64,000 nt of DNA from Eledone cirrhosa (taxonomy: Eukaryota), in the NCBI GenBank assembly GCA_964016885.1, contig OZ024740.1:347572001-347636000 (forward strand), read 5' to 3'. The notes below the pieces were generated by a model that was not told where the DNA came from, searched no databases, and saw nothing but the letters and a program-made list of their open reading frames with translations. Within the stretch, counting starts at the first letter, position 1; every line of letters begins with the position of its first letter. The position numbers and the translations under genes were made by a program. This document shows, in pieces, positions 58,941 to 64,000 of this stretch.

Positions 58941-60353
58941 TGGGTATAATCGTTTGCAGATATTTGACACGGGATGGTTAAATGAAAAGCGCGAAGATAA
59001 TTTTAAAATGTCTCAAAGTAAAGTTTTATCAAGTTTTCTAAATCTTTGGTAAGATCTTTTAATCATAAGCTATTGTTCTATACATTCTAGAAATGTGTGC
59101 TTGAATGCTGCAATATTATGATTTATCTTGGTATGTTTTTCTTGCATGCCAAATTTCGGAGCGTATCAATGAGGAGACAATATTCACTGAGTTCGCAATA
59201 CGAGGTTTGAAACTTAAGTTATACTTTTGGGGAATAAATCTGAGTAATTTAGAGAACTTAATTATCTTATTATTACTTCGTTACTGAAAATATTTATTAT
59301 TGTTAGCATTATGATGTTATTCAGGAATGGTCTTTAGATTCACTATTCCCTCAAATCCTAAACAAATATATATTAATAATATCTATGTGTCGAGAATTTG
59401 CTTATGGCAGCAGGTGAACTTAATAGTGTGGCGGTAAACATGTATGATATTAAATTGGGAATAGAAATCAATCTTTCAAACAGTATTACTAATTCCAATT
59501 TTTGTAATTAGAAATAGGTTTTCTATGCCAAGTATAACTCAGGAGGTTTGTGACAACAAGTTGCTTTTTAACCCCAAATCAGACCCACTTGATTGTAATG
59601 CATCTGATACTCTCTGTAGCTACACCATATAATTTATGTAGGACGACATTATTTACTGCCTTTACTCTATTAAGATGATTGAATATGATTTGAAGTGTAC
59701 TGTTTACTATTTCTCGCAGGTTGTGTGACTTCTACTGCTAGAGTTAAAAAATCTTAAAACTTTGAACTAAACGTATTGCCAATCTCAAATTTATTATTAG
59801 ACATATTTTCCCAAAATCCATACATGCGTATCTGAGTCATCGCATTCTTCTCTTAGTGATGTATTAATGTTCAAATGTAAGCCCAACAGGGTTTTACATC
59901 TACCGAAAAGAACGTTAGAATTGATTTTTCGTAACTTCTTAACAGAAGCATCATTCGTCAGGAAAGCTGTTCCTAGCTGTGTCTAACAATTTCTCATGAG
60001 TCAGTCAACTGGCAAATATATTTATTGTTTCGAGAAGCGAATTGTTATATTTACACCTTTGAGGGCTCGTGAAATCCTATATGGAAAGAGACTTAATGTA
60101 AGAAGTCGTGGTTGTCGCTTTTATTGTTTCTACTGCATTTGAGGTAATTTAACCAAACAACATTGCTGGTATTTGTAGTATGAGCCTTGGACGTATATAT
60201 CGCAATTTAATCCTGATATCTCCTGAAATAACACCTAAAACTGAATTAATAAAACAAGTTCCTGTTAAAGTTTAATTCCACAATAATCTGATAGAATATC
60301 TAGATATTGCTGTTGATTTTGGTGTTGTTGTTGTTGGTGATGTTGTTGCTGCT

Positions 60354-60388
<35 letters not shown>

Positions 60389-61129
60389 GGGTGGGTGGTT
60401 TTCGTCGTCGTTGTCGTGTTGTTGTGGTCAACAAAGCCATTTCAGTCGGCACCTTATCTTTTATTTCGATATGATATATCTAAGATTACATTCTGTACTG
60501 TATCATTTCTTTGTATTTCTTTAAAACAGTAATATTTCTAAAATAACAATTTCAGAAGGATTTCACTTGTTGAGTGACTCCCTCGAAGCCCCATCATTGG
60601 TTTGAACTTGGGCAGTATATCATTGTGTGTAAGTAAAGTATATGTACACGTTTGTGTCAACTAAATTAAAAGAGGTTATTTGTAACTATTACTGAGTCAA
60701 CAAAATCAACATCAATATAAATACTTACAGACATATTGCTCTCTCTAATTCACAGAAGTTTAAATAAGTGACTCCATCAGTTCCACATATTTCAAATATG
60801 ATAAGCATCATGCAGTATCGACAATTTGGTTCCGTAGTCGGTGCTGCGGTATTGAGAACGACTCCTGGTTAGAGAAGGTAAAAAAATATTTATTTTATTT
60901 TGTCTTAAAAAAGAGAAAAATATACACATATCTCTTTCAGTTTCTATCGACATAGATAGAGCGTTTACACGTTTCGATACTTTCCAAGGTATCTTATTGG
61001 AAACATACTTCCCAGGGAGAGGAGTCAGGCTGCTAGTCTTATTTTTCTCAAAGGCATAAGAGTAACGTCACTTTCGATTCGATCCCCCTGATATGACAGT
61101 CTGGCGTAATCGACAGATTTGGTAGTAGA

Positions 61130-61166
<37 letters not shown>

Positions 61167-61421
61167 ATGTAGGAGGTGAGTTTTATTGTAGTACAATAAA
61201 GCAATGCAGATATCGGATAAGAAGCACTCTACAGTTTGTAGGACTGGAGTATACATAATATATAAGAACAAAAGATGGTTAAAAGAGTTCCATGTATTTT
61301 ATTATGCGCATTTCAGTTAGATTATTCATCCTCAATTCATTATTCTTTTCTCCCTTTCATCTAACTCATTCATGCTCATCTCACAATATATCCTTACTTA
61401 AATTACCTGTTGTTCTTTTTA

Positions 61422-61590
61422 ATAATACATATCAACATTTTCTTTCCATCGCACATGTTATTAAACCCTTAAATATCATTCTTAATACATATTAACTTTT
61501 TCTTTCCATCGCACATGTTATTAAACCATTAAATATTATTCTTAATACATATTAACATTTTCTTTTCATCGCACATATTATTAAACCCCT
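61422..61590 (+). repeat. 60-bp tandem repeat, about 3 copies
   Basis: TAATACATAT..ACATTTTCTTTCCATCGCACATGTTATTAAACC recurring with period 60. Confidence 0.85.
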
Positions 61591-61962
61591 CAATATACAA
61601 ACCTTAACTTTACATTATTTTTCTCTTCGTTAATTTTCAAATTCTTTTAATTTATACATTATCTTCCAACGGTTTTCAACCTCTCTATGTAAAACAATAT
61701 ATCTTTCTCAGTTATAAAAGCTATCTCTCTCTCTCTCTATCACCTATCTCTCCTCCTATCTCATCCATCCTCATTATACTCCTCCCTCTCCACTTTTTAC
61801 TCTCATCTCCTCCTCTTTTTCATCCTTTCCAACCCCCCTCTCCCCCCTCAAAATAAAATATTTTTCCCAATATCACACATCAATCTAAAACTACTTCTCA
61901 TATGTTGATTTAAAACTGCACTACCCACAAGTGTTTTTTAACCTTCATATCATGTCTTCCTG

Positions 61963-62029
61963 TTTTATCTGATGAAAACACAAATATTATTGCATAATGA
62001 TATTTGTTTTTGAAATCCGCATAATAAAA
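61963..62029 (+). ncRNA. Type I minimal hammerhead ribozyme
   Basis: TTTTAT-CTGATGA-stem II-GAAAT-CCGC-ATA-ATAAAA. Confidence 0.75.
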
Positions 62030-62241
62030 TACATGGAACTCTTTTAACCATCTTTTGTTCTTATATATTATGTATACTCCAGTCCTACAAACTGTAGAGT
62101 GCTTCTTATCCGATATCTGCATTGCTTTATTGTACTACAATAAAACTCACCTCCTACATTAACTTGCTCCTTAACGGTTGAGCGCTTACTCTCATATTGG
62201 ATACCTTTTGATGGTCTTTTACTTCTTTCTTCTTCTACAAC

Positions 62242-63948
62242 ATGGATTATTACAACATAACTAATTCAACTAAAGACATTCCTATACCTGGTAAATCTGA
62301 ATTCACCAAACTTCTAATTGAAAAAACTGACTCCTTCGTAAGAAGACTTAGATGGATAGCCTATTTCTATGACCAGCGCCTAAAAGGGAACTTCTATACC
62401 AAGGAACATAACTTCCTCGATCATCTATTTAATTCTAGAAGAAATCCTCCTTCCAACAAAAGTCTAGTGCAATTCGAGGAAGAGTTACCTAAAATTATAA
62501 AAAATCTTAAATTCAAGAGATACCCTTACAAAGGACAAGACCACCTTGTAAATCACAAGAACACAATTTCAAACCTAAATTCCTCAAAAAATGTTTTAGT
62601 CCACTCTGACAAAACCAATAACTTATATGGTATTTCCAAGGATAATTATAACAACCTTATCCTAAAGGAACTTAGAAAAAAATATCGTAAAACCAACCAT
62701 GATAATTTAGAATACATAAACTTTGAAGCCTCTGAGATTATGTCAAAACTTGGCATTGAAAAAAAGACCGAACCGCTCCTCCCAAGAACTCCGAGGATAA
62801 ATCTCAAGGATCACAAAAACAATTTTCGCACTGAACTACCTGTTAGATTAATCGCCCCCTCTAAATCAGATCTGGGGGTTGTTAATAAAGCTATCTTGGA
62901 TAGAATTATCCCACAGGTTCGTTCTAATTGCTCTTCTTTGAAGCTAAATTTATGGTTTGGTACTTCTGAAGTGATTAGCTGGTTCAACAAATTGAATAAT
63001 AAAAACAAACTAAAATTTGTTCAATTTGATATTGCCAGCTACTATTCTTCTATTTCGCCTTCACTTCACAATAATGCTCTATCTTTCGCACTTAAATATT
63101 CTGACGTCACCACAGATGAACTTCACATCATTCTCACCGCACGTAAAACCATCCTAGAGTTCAACAACGAATATTGGAACAGAGCCGATACCTCTAACAA
63201 CTTCGACATCACAATGGGAGCATCCGATTCATCCCAATTGACAGATTTAATTGGTATCTTTATTTTGAACTCTTTGAGTCAGAAAATTCCTCTACTTCGC
63301 GGTGGAATTTATCGTGACGATGGACTCTTTACTATCTTAAATTGCAACATAGTTAACCTTAATATTATTAAGAACAATATAGGTAATCTCTTTAACCAAC
63401 ATAACCTAAAAATTGAATTTGATAACAGCATCAAACTAGCTAATTTCTTGGATGTATCTCTCAATCTTGACACTGGCCTATATTACCCTTACCATAAAAA
63501 CAATGAGAACCTAAATTATGTTAACTTTAAATCTAACCATCCTACTAATATCAAGAATGCTATAGTTAGTAATATTGGAAAAAGAATATCTAACCTATCT
63601 TCTAATAAAAACATCTTTGATTCTAACGTCAATTACTATAATAACGCGCTTTCTAAAGCCGGCTATCCTGATAAAATCAAATATAGTAAAGAAACAAATT
63701 CTAGAAGAACTTACAGTAGAATAATTAATCATGATCATTCCAATAACTTTAATAAAAGACCTAGATACAAAAACATAATCTGGTATAATGCTCCTTTCTC
63801 CATCTCTATTAATAACAATATTCCTAAATTATTCTTTAGTGCCTTAAATAAATGCTTCCCTCCCTCACATATCTATAGTAAAATATTTAACAAACACTAT
63901 AAAATTTTCCTATTCTACATCCTCCAACATTTCCAACATTATCTCTAA
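62242..63948 (+). CDS. Penelope-like reverse transcriptase (true frame continues after a frameshift near 63892)
   Basis: SDKTNN, FDIASYY, MGASDS, YRDDGL, NFLDV, SNHP, IIWYNAP motifs. Confidence 0.92.
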   Translation: MDYYNITNSTKDIPIPGKSEFTKLLIEKTDSFVRRLRWIAYFYDQRLKGNFYTKEHNFLDHLFNSRRNPPSNKSLVQFEEELPKIIKNLKFKRYPYKGQDHLVNHKNTISNLNSSKNVLVHSDKTNNLYGISKDNYNNLILKELRKKYRKTNHDNLEYINFEASEIMSKLGIEKKTEPLLPRTPRINLKDHKNNFRTELPVRLIAPSKSDLGVVNKAILDRIIPQVRSNCSSLKLNLWFGTSEVISWFNKLNNKNKLKFVQFDIASYYSSISPSLHNNALSFALKYSDVTTDELHIILTARKTILEFNNEYWNRADTSNNFDITMGASDSSQLTDLIGIFILNSLSQKIPLLRGGIYRDDGLFTILNCNIVNLNIIKNNIGNLFNQHNLKIEFDNSIKLANFLDVSLNLDTGLYYPYHKNNENLNYVNFKSNHPTNIKNAIVSNIGKRISNLSSNKNIFDSNVNYYNNALSKAGYPDKIKYSKETNSRRTYSRIINHDHSNNFNKRPRYKNIIWYNAPFSISINNNIPKLFFSALNKCFPPSHIYSKIFNKHYKIFLFYILQHFQHYL

Positions 63949-64000
63949 ACACAACAATAAAATACTAAATACTAAATCTCTTCCTTCCAACACTGAATAT

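Larger units (their letters stand above)
61165..64000 (+). mobile_element. Young Penelope-like (Naiad-type) element with inverted pseudo-LTR, running off the window
   Basis: 151-bp inverted repeat 61165-61315 / 62011-62161, hammerhead 61963-62029, RT ORF from 62242. Confidence 0.9.

Noticed and set aside
59400-60900. Possible host exons (isolated AG/GT sites)
   Set aside because: No consistent frame or recognisable product
61422-61590. CRISPR-like repeat
   Set aside because: Eukaryotic context; contiguous 60-bp tandem units without unique spacers

Overview
AT-rich, microsatellite-dense animal DNA, most likely an octopus (inference from the tRNA-derived SINE family and the repeat landscape). 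Almost all ORF-track entries are microsatellite artefacts or retroelement debris. The host-gene content, invisible in the ORF track because the exons are tiny, is a tandemly duplicated, spliced, secreted single-domain Kazal protease-inhibitor locus. Copy 1 (exons 592-628, 4775-4910, 6026-6098; 81 aa) has P1=Asp and two extra cysteines. Copy 2 (exons 23775-23898, 27022-27070) has P1=Phe and no signal-peptide exon of its own. The two Kazal cores differ at about 30% of bases with only amino-acid-changing codon differences, while a sampled intron block differs at about 4%. The rest is Penelope-like elements (Naiad- and Neptune-type) and several unrelated minimal hammerhead-ribozyme families, including a tandem pair 488 nt apart. 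There are also R4/Dong-type LINEs sitting in (CATA)n tracts, bipartite RTE derivatives, Helitrons, a mariner relic, SINEs and many local foldback inversions. Coordinates of degenerate repeats are approximate and all alignments were done by eye.
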